From Candidatus Rokuibacteriota bacterium (GTDB lineage: Bacteria; Methylomirabilota; Methylomirabilia; Rokubacteriales; CSP1-6), in assembly GCA_005887895.1 (NCBI GenBank), contig VBPC01000272.1, positions 5,561-69,560 of the forward strand: a DNA stretch of 64,000 nt, given 5' to 3'. The translations under genes and the position numbers were made by a program. Of the stretch, positions 47,837 to 57,075 are shown piece by piece (positions within the stretch are counted from its first letter, which is position 1; each line of letters begins with the position of its first letter). The notes below the pieces were generated by a model, which saw only the letters and a list, made by a program, of their open reading frames with translations, made no database searches and was not told the origin of the DNA.

Positions 47837-48555
47837 GCGCCGCGCTGGCCGGCAAGGTCGCCCTGATCACCGGCGCCGGGCGCGGCATCGGGCGGGCGAT
47901 CGCGACCGCGTTCGCCGCCGAGGGCGCCGCGGTGGCCCTGGCCGCCCGCTCGCGCGCGGAGCTGGCCGAGGTGGCGGCCGAGGTCCGCGCGCGTGACGGC
48001 CGCGCGCTGGCGGTCCCGACCGACGTCACCCAGGACGGCGCGGTGGAGGCGCTGGTCGAGCAGACGCTCGCCGACCTCGGCCGCCTCGACATCCTCGTGA
48101 CCTCCGCCGGCACGGCGGCGTTCGGGCCGGTGGCCGACTCGAAGCCGGCGGACTGGGACGGGATGCTGATGCTCAACCTGCGCGCCGTGATGGTGTGCTG
48201 CCGCGCGGTGCTGCCGGCGATGATCCGCCAGCGCTCCGGCACGATCCTCAACGTGTCGTCCATCGCGACGAAGCGCGCGCTGCCGGGCAGCGCCGTCTAC
48301 ACGGCGACCAAGGCGGCGATCGAGAGCTTCAGCCGCGTGCTGGCCGAGGAGCTGCGGGCGCACGGCGTCCGGGTGGGCGTCCTCGTCCCCGGCGCGGTGG
48401 ACACGCCGATCTGGGACGCGCTCGGCTCGACCCCGCCGCGCGACAAGATGCTGAAGGCCGAGGACGTGGCGCGAGCGGCCGTGCTGATGGCCACGCTGCC
48501 GCCGCACGCCTCGCTCGAGGAGCTCACGCTCCTGCCCGCGGGGGGGATCCTGTGA
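47833..48555 (+). CDS. SDR-family oxidoreductase (sepiapterin-reductase-like by context)
   Basis: 240 aa from TTG 47833, which overlaps the folE stop. TGAGRGIG is the Rossmann motif, and the catalytic S...YxxxK is present as YTATK. Confidence 0.8.
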   Translation: MSAALAGKVALITGAGRGIGRAIATAFAAEGAAVALAARSRAELAEVAAEVRARDGRALAVPTDVTQDGAVEALVEQTLADLGRLDILVTSAGTAAFGPVADSKPADWDGMLMLNLRAVMVCCRAVLPAMIRQRSGTILNVSSIATKRALPGSAVYTATKAAIESFSRVLAEELRAHGVRVGVLVPGAVDTPIWDALGSTPPRDKMLKAEDVARAAVLMATLPPHASLEELTLLPAGGIL

Positions 48556-48601
48556 TATCATCGATTTGTCGCGCAACACCGCGAATCGACGGGAGGATCG
48601 A

Positions 48602-48928
48602 ATGGTCACGATGACAGAGATGGCCGCCAAGAAGGTCTCCGACCTCCGCCTGGAGGAAGGCAAGCCCGAGTGGGGCCTGCGCGTCCGGGTCGTGGGCGGC
48701 GGCTGCTCGGGGATGTCGTACGAGCTCGGCTGGGAAGATCAGCAGGCCGAGGACGACGACATCGTCGAGGCGCACGGCATCAAGGTCTACATCGACAAGC
48801 ACAGCGCGCCCTATCTCGCGGGCAGCGAGATCGACTACGTCGAGAACAACATGATGGGCGCCGGCTTCGCGATCAAGAACCCGAACGTGAAGTCCAGCTG
48901 CGGCTGCGGCCAGTCCCACCGCTTCTAG
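48602..48928 (+). CDS. IscA/ErpA/HesB-family Fe-S cluster insertion protein
   Basis: 108 aa. GGGCSG and the C-terminal CGCGQS motif are present. A GGGAGGA Shine-Dalgarno precedes the ATG. Confidence 0.85.
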   Translation: MVTMTEMAAKKVSDLRLEEGKPEWGLRVRVVGGGCSGMSYELGWEDQQAEDDDIVEAHGIKVYIDKHSAPYLAGSEIDYVENNMMGAGFAIKNPNVKSSCGCGQSHRF

Positions 48929-48936
48929 ACGTCGTC

Positions 48937-49614
48937 GTGCGCGTCCGGGTCCACCTCTTCGCCCGGTATCGTGAAGCCGCCGGGCAGGAGCAGGTGGACC
49001 TCGACCTTCCCGAGGGTGGCACCGTGGAGACGGCCTGGTCGGCCGTCGTCTCCCGTCACCCACAGCTCGAGCAGTACCGTCCCTTCACGCTCTTCGCCGT
49101 CGGTCACGACTACGTCGAGGCCGATCATCGCCTCAAGGCCGGCGACGAGCTGCTCCTCTTTCCGCCGGTCAGCGGCGGGTCCGGCCCCGGCCCCGACCTC
49201 TTCGAGGTCGTCGAGCGTCCGCTGTCGCCCGACGACATCGCGGCCCGCGTGGACGATCCCGGCGCCGGCGGCGTCGTGATCTTCTCCGGTGTCGTGCGCA
49301 ACGAGACTGGCGGCCGGCCGGTGAAGTTCCTCGAGTACGAGGCCCACGCGCCGATGGCCGAGGCGAAGATGCGCGAGATCGGCGCCGCCATCCGCGCGCG
49401 CTGGCCCGGCGTCCGGCGCGTGGCGATGCTCCACCGCATCGGCCGGCTGGAGATCGGCGAGTCTTCCGTCCTCATCGCCGTCTGCGCCGCGCATCGCGCC
49501 GAGGCGTTCGAGGCGTGCCGGTACGCGATCGACACGCTCAAGCGCACCGTCCCCGTCTGGAAGAAGGAGCACTTCGAGGACGGCGAGGTCTGGGTGGGTC
49601 TGCAGGGAGGCTAG
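48937..49614 (+). CDS. Fused MoaD-MoaE molybdopterin synthase (MoaX-like)
   Basis: 225 aa from GTG 48937. The N-terminal ThiS/MoaD fold ends in FPPVSGG, followed by an SGPGPD linker and a MoaE domain (GAGGVVIFSGVVRN..., VWKKE). Confidence 0.75.
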   Translation: MRVRVHLFARYREAAGQEQVDLDLPEGGTVETAWSAVVSRHPQLEQYRPFTLFAVGHDYVEADHRLKAGDELLLFPPVSGGSGPGPDLFEVVERPLSPDDIAARVDDPGAGGVVIFSGVVRNETGGRPVKFLEYEAHAPMAEAKMREIGAAIRARWPGVRRVAMLHRIGRLEIGESSVLIAVCAAHRAEAFEACRYAIDTLKRTVPVWKKEHFEDGEVWVGLQGG

Positions 49615-49615
49615 C

Positions 49616-50968
49616 GTGGGGCTGACCCACGCGGTCGAGCGCACGATCCGCCGCCACGCGATGCTCGCCGGCGGCGAAACGGTCCTGGTGGCCGTCTCCG
49701 GCGGCGCGGACTCCGTCGCCCTGCTGCACCTGCTGCGCGAGCTGGCGCCGGCCTGGGGGCTGACGCTGCGCGTCCTGCACGTCGATCACGACCTGCGTCC
49801 AGGCTCTGCGCGCGACGCCGAGTTCGTGCGCGCGCTCGGGGCGCGACTGGGCGTTCCGGTGGACGTCGAGCGCGTGCAGGTCGGCCCCGGCTCGGTGGAG
49901 GCGGCCGCGCGCGCGGCGCGCTACGGGGCGCTGGAGACGTGGGCGGCGCGCCTCGGCGCCACCCGCATCGCGCTCGGCCACACCGCCGACGACCAGGCCG
50001 AGACGGTGCTGATGCGCGTGCTGGCCGGCGCCGGCGTCCGCGGGCTCGCCGCGATCCCGCCCGTGCGCGGCGCGATCGTCCGCCCGCTGATCGAGGTCCG
50101 GGGCGCGGCGCTGCGCGACGCGCTGACGACGGCCGGCCTGTCCTGGGTGGAGGACGAGACCAACCGCGACCCGAAGTTCCTGCGCAATCGCATCCGCCAC
50201 GAGCTGCTGCCGCTGCTGGCCGCGTCGTACATCACCGACGTCGTGCCGGCGCTGACGCGGGTGGCGCGCCTGGCTCGCGAGACCGTCGACGCCCTCGACC
50301 GCGCGGCCGCCGTCGAGCTCGAGCGGCTCGCCTCGCCGGGCGGCGACGGGCTCACGCTGCCGCGCGCCGCGCTCGGCGCGCTGCCCGCCGCGCTCGCGGC
50401 CGAGGTGCTGCGCCAGGCGGCGGCGCGCTTCGGCAGCCGGGCGCCGCTGCGCGCGTGGGCGCACCGCGGCCTGCGGCGCGTGCTGGCCGAGGTACCGCCG
50501 CGGCGCGCCTTCCGCGTGGGCGGCGTCACGCTCGAGGTGAGCGGCGATCTCGTGCGCGTCGGCGCGGGTCCGGCGACCGCCCTGTCGACGCGCACGCTCG
50601 ACGTCCCCGGGCGGGTGGAGCTGCCGGAGATCGGCCGGGCGCTGGAGGCGCGGCTGGTGCCGCGAGCAGGCTACACGCTCCCGCGGGCGTCCAACGTGGT
50701 CGCGTTCGACGCCGCCGCGATCCCGCGCGAGCTTACCGTGCGCCCCCGGCGCCGCGGCGATCGCTTCCACGCCTTCGGTGCCGGCGAGCGCCGCCTGAAA
50801 TCGCTCCTGATCGATGCCAAGGTGCCCCGCTGGGACCGCGGCAGGCTGCCGCTGGTCGAGGCCGGCGGCGAGATCCTGTGGGTGGCCGGGGTGCGCCGGA
50901 GCGCCGTCGCGCCGGTCGGCGCCGACACGTCCGAGGTCGTCGAGATTCGGCTGATCCCTCTGGCGTAA
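49616..50968 (+). CDS. tilS: tRNA(Ile)-lysidine synthetase
   Basis: 450 aa. VAVSGGADSVAL is the PP-loop, followed by LHVDHDLRP and HTADDQAETVLMR. Confidence 0.9.
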   Translation: MGLTHAVERTIRRHAMLAGGETVLVAVSGGADSVALLHLLRELAPAWGLTLRVLHVDHDLRPGSARDAEFVRALGARLGVPVDVERVQVGPGSVEAAARAARYGALETWAARLGATRIALGHTADDQAETVLMRVLAGAGVRGLAAIPPVRGAIVRPLIEVRGAALRDALTTAGLSWVEDETNRDPKFLRNRIRHELLPLLAASYITDVVPALTRVARLARETVDALDRAAAVELERLASPGGDGLTLPRAALGALPAALAAEVLRQAAARFGSRAPLRAWAHRGLRRVLAEVPPRRAFRVGGVTLEVSGDLVRVGAGPATALSTRTLDVPGRVELPEIGRALEARLVPRAGYTLPRASNVVAFDAAAIPRELTVRPRRRGDRFHAFGAGERRLKSLLIDAKVPRWDRGRLPLVEAGGEILWVAGVRRSAVAPVGADTSEVVEIRLIPLA

Positions 50969-51007
50969 GCCGGCGTCTGCCGGTTAGAATGCGGCCCCGG
51001 ACCCACG

Positions 51008-52501
51008 ATGAAAACGGCCGTCGCGATGTCCCTTTTGCTCGCCGTGGCGCTGCCGGCGTGGGCCCAGTCGGCGCCACCGGCCGCGCCCGGCGCCGCCAAG
51101 CCGGCAACGGCCGACAAGCGTCAGCCCGCCGCCAAGAGTCCCGGCCAGAAGATCGATGCCCGCGCGGTCCTCCAGGCGATGGAGGAGGCCTTCAGCGCGG
51201 TGGCGGACCGTGTCACCCCGGCGGTGGTCAACGTCAGCACGATCCCCAAGCGCACGCCCCCCGGCACGACCGACGACCCCGAACGATTCCGGGATTACTT
51301 CGGTGAAGAGTTCTACGACCGGTACTTCAAGCGGCGGCCGCGCGAGGAGCCTCGGGCCAGCGGCTCGGGCGTGCTGGTGGATCGGGCCGGATACATCTTG
51401 ACGAACAATCACGTCATCGAGAACGCTCAGGACATCACCGTGCGCCTCTCCGATGCGCGGAAGTTTCCGGCGACCCTGGTCGGGCGTGACCCGAAGACGG
51501 ACCTGGCCGTGCTGAAGGTCGACGCGCCGGGGCCGCTGCCGACGGCGGAGCTCGGCGACTCCGAGCGCCTTCGCGTGGGGCAGTGGGTCATCGCGATCGG
51601 CAATCCCTTCGGCCTCGATCGCACGGTCACCGTGGGCATCGTCTCCGCCACCGCCCGCAATCGCGTCGGCGTGACAACCTACGAGAACTTCATCCAGACC
51701 GACGCCTCGATCAATCCCGGCAACTCCGGCGGTCCGCTGCTGAACCTCGACGGCCGCGTCATCGGCATCAACACCGCGATCGTCGCCGCCGGCCAGGGCA
51801 TCGGCTTCTCGATCCCGATCAACGAGGCGAAGGTGGTGATGAGCCAGCTGATCGCGAACGGCCGAGTGGTGCGCGGCTGGCTCGGCGTCGCCATCCAGGA
51901 CGTCACCGACGAGCTGGCCTCGAGCTTCGGCGTGCGCGAGCGCGAGGGCGTCCTCGTGGCCGACGTGATGAAGGGCGGGCCCGCCGAGGTGGCCGGACTG
52001 CGTCCCGGCGACGTGATCGTCGAGCTCAACGGCAGCAAGATCCGCGAGGTCCCCGAGCTGCAGCGGCGCATCGCCAACGTCGCCCCCGGTCAGAGCGTCG
52101 CGATCGCCGTCGTGCGCGATCGCGCCACCCAGCGGCTCAAGGTCCGCGTGGGCGAGATGCCCAGCGAGGAGCCGCTGATCGCGTCCGTCGACGCCGGCCC
52201 CGAGGGATTCGGGCTGCAGGTCGAGCCGCTGCCGCCGGACGCCGCTGACCGGTTGAGCCTGCCCTTCAGCGAGGGGCTGCTGGTCACGGACGTGGCCGGC
52301 GGCGGGCCCGCCGACCGTGCCGGGCTCCGTCGCGGCGACGTCATCCTCGAGGTGGGCCGCCAGGTCGTGCACGACGCGCCGGCGCTGCAGCGCGCGCTGT
52401 CGGCCGTGCCGGCCGGGCGCTCGGTCCTCCTGTGGGTGCACCGGCCCGGCGGTGGCGGGCACAACCAGTACCTCGTGCTGGAGCGGGACGCCGGCCGATG
52501 A
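51008..52501 (+). CDS. HtrA/DegP-family periplasmic serine protease with two PDZ domains
   Basis: 497 aa with a signal peptide. The catalytic triad context is TNNHV, DLAVLKV and GNSGGPL. Confidence 0.9.
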   Translation: MKTAVAMSLLLAVALPAWAQSAPPAAPGAAKPATADKRQPAAKSPGQKIDARAVLQAMEEAFSAVADRVTPAVVNVSTIPKRTPPGTTDDPERFRDYFGEEFYDRYFKRRPREEPRASGSGVLVDRAGYILTNNHVIENAQDITVRLSDARKFPATLVGRDPKTDLAVLKVDAPGPLPTAELGDSERLRVGQWVIAIGNPFGLDRTVTVGIVSATARNRVGVTTYENFIQTDASINPGNSGGPLLNLDGRVIGINTAIVAAGQGIGFSIPINEAKVVMSQLIANGRVVRGWLGVAIQDVTDELASSFGVREREGVLVADVMKGGPAEVAGLRPGDVIVELNGSKIREVPELQRRIANVAPGQSVAIAVVRDRATQRLKVRVGEMPSEEPLIASVDAGPEGFGLQVEPLPPDAADRLSLPFSEGLLVTDVAGGGPADRAGLRRGDVILEVGRQVVHDAPALQRALSAVPAGRSVLLWVHRPGGGGHNQYLVLERDAGR

Positions 52502-53940
52502 TGGCCGCCGACCTGCTCGAGCCACCGACGCTCTCGCGGCGCGGTACCGTCCTCGTCGTCGACGACGAGGACGGCGTGCGCGCCTCCATCCGCGCGATCC
52601 TCGAGGGCCGGTGCGAGGTGCTGGAGGCCGAGACCGGCGCCGCCGCGCTCGAGGTGCTGCGGGCCCGGGACGTCGATCTCGTCATGCTCGATCAGCGGAT
52701 GCCCGGCGAGCCCGGCATCGACGTGCTGCCGCGCGTGAAGGCCGCCGACCCCTCGACGGTGGTCGTGCTGGCCACCGCCGTCCACGACGTGCGAACGGCC
52801 GTGGAGGCGCTCAAGCGCGGCGCCTACGACTACATCACCAAGCCGTTCGACGTGGACGACATCCTGATGCTGGTCGAGCGCGCGCTGGAGAAGCGCGCCC
52901 TCGAGCGCCAGGTGCTGTGCCTGCAGTCGGCGCTCACGCCGGCCGGCATCGAGACGCCGGACGGCTTCGAGGGACTGGTCGGCCGTCAGCCGGAGATGGT
53001 GCGCATCTACCAGCTCATCACCCAGATCGCGACCACGCCGACCACCGTGCTGATCACCGGCGAGAGCGGGACCGGCAAGGAGCTGGTGGCGCGGGCGATC
53101 CACCAGCGCAGCGATCGCGCCGGCCATCCGTTCGTGGCGGTCAACGTGGCGGCCATTCCCGAGACGCTGGTCGAGTCCGAGCTGTTCGGCCACGAGAAGG
53201 GCGCGTTCACCGGCGCCCACGCCCGCCGCCTCGGCAAGTTCGAGCTGGCCCAGGGCGGCACGATCTTCCTGGACGAGATCGGCTCGCTGCGCCTGGATCT
53301 GCAGACCAAGCTCCTGCGCGTGCTCCAGCAGCGCGAGGTGGAGCGGCTCGGCGGCAGCCGCGCGATCCCCGTCGACGTGCGCGTGCTGGCCGCCACCAAC
53401 GTCAACCTCCGGCAGGCCGTGCGCGACCGCGCCTTCCGCGATGATCTCTACTATCGCCTCAACGTGGTGCCGATCCACGTCCCCCCGCTGCGCGAGCGGC
53501 GCGAGGACATCGCCCGGCTGGTCGAGCACTTCGTGCGCAAGTTCGCCCGCGAGTGCCACCGCGACGTGCGCGGCGTCTCGGCCGGCGCCCTGGCGGCGCT
53601 GACCCGCTACGACTGGCCCGGCAACGTGCGCGAGCTGGAGAACGTGATCCAGCGCGCGGTGGTGCTGGCCCGCGCCGCCGTGCTGCACCTGCAGGACGTG
53701 CCGCTGGACGTGGCGATGCCGGAGACGGTCTCCCTGCTGGCCGAGGATGCGCTGCCGCTGCGGGAGGCGTGCGATCAGTTCGAGCGCCAGTACGTGGTAC
53801 GGACGCTGGAGCGCGCGCAGTGGAACGTGAGCCGGGCGGCGCGCCTGCTCGGCGTCCATCGCAATACCGTGCTGGTCAAGCTGGCCGCCTGGGGCGTGCA
53901 CCGTCCCGGCGCGTCGGAGGGAAGGAGCGCGACTCCGTGA
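52498..53940 (+). CDS. sigma54-dependent response regulator (NtrC family), second copy
   Basis: 480 aa with an ATGA overlap with htrA. VLVVDDEDG...LVMLDQRMPG, GESGTGKE, ESELFGHEKGAFTGA and a C-terminal HTH are present. Confidence 0.9.
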   Translation: MMAADLLEPPTLSRRGTVLVVDDEDGVRASIRAILEGRCEVLEAETGAAALEVLRARDVDLVMLDQRMPGEPGIDVLPRVKAADPSTVVVLATAVHDVRTAVEALKRGAYDYITKPFDVDDILMLVERALEKRALERQVLCLQSALTPAGIETPDGFEGLVGRQPEMVRIYQLITQIATTPTTVLITGESGTGKELVARAIHQRSDRAGHPFVAVNVAAIPETLVESELFGHEKGAFTGAHARRLGKFELAQGGTIFLDEIGSLRLDLQTKLLRVLQQREVERLGGSRAIPVDVRVLAATNVNLRQAVRDRAFRDDLYYRLNVVPIHVPPLRERREDIARLVEHFVRKFARECHRDVRGVSAGALAALTRYDWPGNVRELENVIQRAVVLARAAVLHLQDVPLDVAMPETVSLLAEDALPLREACDQFERQYVVRTLERAQWNVSRAARLLGVHRNTVLVKLAAWGVHRPGASEGRSATP

Positions 53941-55532
53941 GCCCGATTCGAGGTGTGGCCCCCGCGGTCGTGGTCATCCTCGTGGCGGCCGCGGCCTGGC
54001 TGGCGGCCGCGACGCCGGCGATGGCGCAGCTGACCGACGCCGACGTCTACGTCGCCGAGGCCACCCTGGCGATCGAGGACAAGCAGTGGGACAGGGCGCT
54101 CGACCTCCTGCGTCAGGCGCTGGCCAAGGAGCCGGACCACGTCGAGGCGCTGTACTACACCGGCGTGGCGTACATGGGCAAGCGGCAGCCAGCCGAAGCC
54201 GTCAAGTACCTGGAGCCGGCCCGGGAGAAGTCACCGACCGACACCTCGATCGCCTATCAGCTCGGACTGGCCTACGTCGCGCTCGAGCAGTACGACAAGG
54301 CGCAGCCGCTTCTCGAGCAGGCGTTCGCCCGCGATCCCACGCTCGACTCGCTCGGCTACTACGTCGGCTACCTCCGCTATCGCAAGGAGCAGTACCAGGA
54401 CGCCCTGCGCGCGTTCCGCGCGGCGCGCACCGCCGATCCCACGATCGCCGACCTCACCCGGCTGTACGCCGGCCTCTCGCTGCAGAAGCTCGGGCTGCCG
54501 GCCCAGGCCGAGGCCGAGATCGCGCAGATCGGCCAGCTCCAGCCCGCCTCGCCGCTGACCGGCCCGGCCGAGCGGCTCAAGAGCTCGCTGGCCTCCGCGC
54601 GGGAAACCACGCGGCGCTTCCGCGCCGAGGTCAAGCTCGGCGGCTTCTACGACGACAACGCGGCGGCCGAGCCGAACCAGCGGGCCGACGACCGGGCCGT
54701 CGACCTGGCGCGCCAGAACAACCGGCGGACGTTCGGCGAGCTCCTCTCGGTCGGCGCGGAGTACGACTGGCTGCGCCTGAAGGCGTGGACCGGCACGGCC
54801 GGCCTCTCGTTCTTCGGCACGCACAACAACACCCTCGGGTCGTTCGACATCGACGACTACACCGCCAGCGTGCGCCTCGCCCGGCGCGGCACGCTGTTCG
54901 ATCTGCCGACGCAGGCGGGCATCAACTTCGCCTACGACCACCTGACGCTGGGCTACCACAAGCTGGTCGATCGATACTCGGCCTCGACCTACCTGGCCCT
55001 CGTGGAGAGCGCCCGGCACCTCACGAACTTCCAGGCGCGTGTGGAAGGCAAGGACTACAGCCATCTGCCGGACACGCCGCACCAGGAGCTCCAGGATGCC
55101 ATCAACTACCTGGTCGGGTTCATCCACTTCGTGCGCTTCGAGCGGGATCGGCACTTCGTCAAGGGCGGCTTCCAGTACGACTACGACGCCACTCGCGGCA
55201 GCGACTTCGAGTACCGCGGCTATCGCTTCCTGCTGGGTGGCCAGTACACGTTGCCGTGGCGCGACGTCCGCCTGACCTACGACTTCGATCTCCACTACCG
55301 CGATTACCTGAACCGCCACGCCTTTCTTCCACTGGAACGTCCGGGCTCCGTGGAGCGGTCGGACAAGGAGTTCACGAACACGGTCCGCGCCGAGGTGCCG
55401 TTGCCCTGGTTCGTGAAGAATCAGGCGCTATTCCTGACCGGGGAGTACACGAACAAGATCGTCGACTCGAACATCAACGCCTTCAGCTACCGCCGGAACT
55501 ACGCCGCGATCTACTTCACCTGGCAGTATTAG
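53937..55532 (+). CDS. Signal-peptide protein with an N-terminal TPR domain and a C-terminal outer-membrane beta-barrel-like domain
   Basis: 531 aa from GTG 53937, with a GTGA overlap. It has TPR repeats, then alternating amphipathic beta-strands. It ends in IYFTWQY, an aromatic terminus typical of outer-membrane proteins. Confidence 0.65.
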   Translation: MSPIRGVAPAVVVILVAAAAWLAAATPAMAQLTDADVYVAEATLAIEDKQWDRALDLLRQALAKEPDHVEALYYTGVAYMGKRQPAEAVKYLEPAREKSPTDTSIAYQLGLAYVALEQYDKAQPLLEQAFARDPTLDSLGYYVGYLRYRKEQYQDALRAFRAARTADPTIADLTRLYAGLSLQKLGLPAQAEAEIAQIGQLQPASPLTGPAERLKSSLASARETTRRFRAEVKLGGFYDDNAAAEPNQRADDRAVDLARQNNRRTFGELLSVGAEYDWLRLKAWTGTAGLSFFGTHNNTLGSFDIDDYTASVRLARRGTLFDLPTQAGINFAYDHLTLGYHKLVDRYSASTYLALVESARHLTNFQARVEGKDYSHLPDTPHQELQDAINYLVGFIHFVRFERDRHFVKGGFQYDYDATRGSDFEYRGYRFLLGGQYTLPWRDVRLTYDFDLHYRDYLNRHAFLPLERPGSVERSDKEFTNTVRAEVPLPWFVKNQALFLTGEYTNKIVDSNINAFSYRRNYAAIYFTWQY

Positions 55533-56748
55533 TCACATGGGGGGCCCCGAGATGGCCCCCCACCCCCACCAATGTTCGGAGCGCCCCGGCAGAGCCGCGG
55601 CGCTCCTCTAACGCAGCGCCTCTAGCGGCGAGCGGCCGGCCGCTCACGCGCGGTCCGCTGGGCCGCGGCGTGAAGCTGTTCAGCGAATCGCCGCTGGCTC
55701 CGCCCGTCGCGGCGGCGACGTTGCTGGCCTGCTCGACCTGCCGGTCGCTGATGTGCTGGTTCGCCCCGCTCGGGGGCTGATGCAGGCGGGCCTTGTAGCT
55801 GTTGGCGATGGTCTGCGCCTCCAGCCGCGTGATGTTGCGCGGCCCGGTCGGCGGCGTGAAGCCGCTGACCCCGAGCGTCTGCAGCGCGTTCAGCGTGAAC
55901 GGCGAGCCCACGAGGCGCCCGGACTGGTCGCGCAGGAAGACGTCGACGAGGCCCGTGAGCAGCGTGAGATCGGTCTTCGGCTGGCCGGCCACCTGCGTGA
56001 CCTCGGTGATGAGCACCGTCCCGCGGACACCGGCGACCGCATTCGGCGTCTTCACGTCGATCCGCTCGCCGGGCTTCATCTTCTCCTTGGCGACGGCGAG
56101 CGCGACCCGGCCCGAGGTGATGTCGATGGTCGAGGTGCCCCCGGTCTCGGTGATCGTCAGCGAGGAGTGCTCGCGCACCGTGACCACCGCGGCGCCGCCG
56201 AGCAGGATGCGCGCGAGCGACTGATCGCCGGTCTGGATCATGTCCTGGACCCGGACCGGATCCTTGAACTTGAGCGGCAGGATCTGCGGCGCCGGCTGCT
56301 CGGTGGACACGCGCCGGACCGTCGCCGTGCCCTGCAGCGTCGTGACGAACCCGGCCGGCTTCATGTCCTGCGCGAACGCCGCCAGCGGCAGCGCGAGCGC
56401 GACGGCGCCCGAGGTGATGTCGATGGTCGAGGTGCCCCCGGTCTCGGTGATCGTCAGCGAGGAGTGCTCGCGCACCGTGACCACCGCGGCGCCGCCGAGC
56501 AGGATGCGCGCGAGCGACTGATCGCCGGTCTGGATCATGTCCTGGACCCGGACCGGATCCTTGAACTTGAGCGGCAGGATCTGCGGCGCCGGCTGCTCGG
56601 TGGACACGCGCCGGACCGTCGCCGTGCCCTGCAGCGTCGTGACGAACCCGGCCGGCTTCATGTCCTGCGCGAACGCCGCCAGCGGCAGCGCGAGCGCGAC
56701 GGCGGCAGCGATGATCGATCCCGTGAACAGCGTCCTTGTGTGTCTCAT
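55516..56748 (-). CDS. FecR-domain secreted protein containing an exact 99-aa internal tandem duplication
   Basis: 410 aa from ATG 56748, with a GAGGAGGA Shine-Dalgarno. The signal peptide is followed by a FecR-like segment (VQDMIQTGDQSLARILLGGAAVVTVREHSSLTI) that occurs twice. The last 30 or so codons read through REP copy 6. Confidence 0.65.
   Translation of the reverse strand: MRHTRTLFTGSIIAAAVALALPLAAFAQDMKPAGFVTTLQGTATVRRVSTEQPAPQILPLKFKDPVRVQDMIQTGDQSLARILLGGAAVVTVREHSSLTITETGGTSTIDITSGAVALALPLAAFAQDMKPAGFVTTLQGTATVRRVSTEQPAPQILPLKFKDPVRVQDMIQTGDQSLARILLGGAAVVTVREHSSLTITETGGTSTIDITSGRVALAVAKEKMKPGERIDVKTPNAVAGVRGTVLITEVTQVAGQPKTDLTLLTGLVDVFLRDQSGRLVGSPFTLNALQTLGVSGFTPPTGPRNITRLEAQTIANSYKARLHQPPSGANQHISDRQVEQASNVAAATGGASGDSLNSFTPRPSGPRVSGRPLAARGAALEERRGSAGALRTLVGVGGHLGAPHVTNTAR
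55536..55606 (+). repeat. Two-hairpin intergenic repeat (REP-like), copy 6
   Basis: catggggggccccgagatggccccccacccccaccaatgttcggagcgccccggcagagccgcggcgctcc, starting 4 nt after the beta-barrel gene stop. Confidence 0.85.
56110..56703. repeat. Perfect tandem duplication, 2 x 297 bp
   Basis: 56110-56406 is identical to 56407-56703 by manual alignment. The track ORFs at 56240 and 56537 share identical N-terminal sequences. Confidence 0.9.
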
Positions 56749-57075
56749 GAGTCCTCCTCGAAGCGCGATCCGCATGTTCGGACTCTGGGAGATCAACGCG
56801 ATGGCAAAGGGCCTGCCAGGCCCCTTACGCCTCGATCGACGCTGTGTTTGCAGCCGCTTGCGCGCCTCGATTGCCCGCGCTCGCCCGTGTCCCATCGCCC
56901 ATTTCACCGCCATCGGTCGGGCGCGTTCGGCGTTGTGCCCGACGCTCGTGACGGCGCACCGATCATTGCGTAGACGCCAGGGCACAGTCAATGGTCGTGA
57001 CGCGGGCCCCGGACCGCAGCGCGCGGGGGTGATCAGAAATCATCCGCACCCCGGAACGATGGGTGCCATCAGGGG

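Noticed and set aside
56110-56703. 297-bp repeat considered as a CRISPR-like array or as a DGR template/variable repeat pair
   Set aside because: There are only two units, directly abutting with no spacers, and they are 100% identical with no adenine-specific differences. They are in-frame within a CDS, and no cas or reverse transcriptase genes are nearby.
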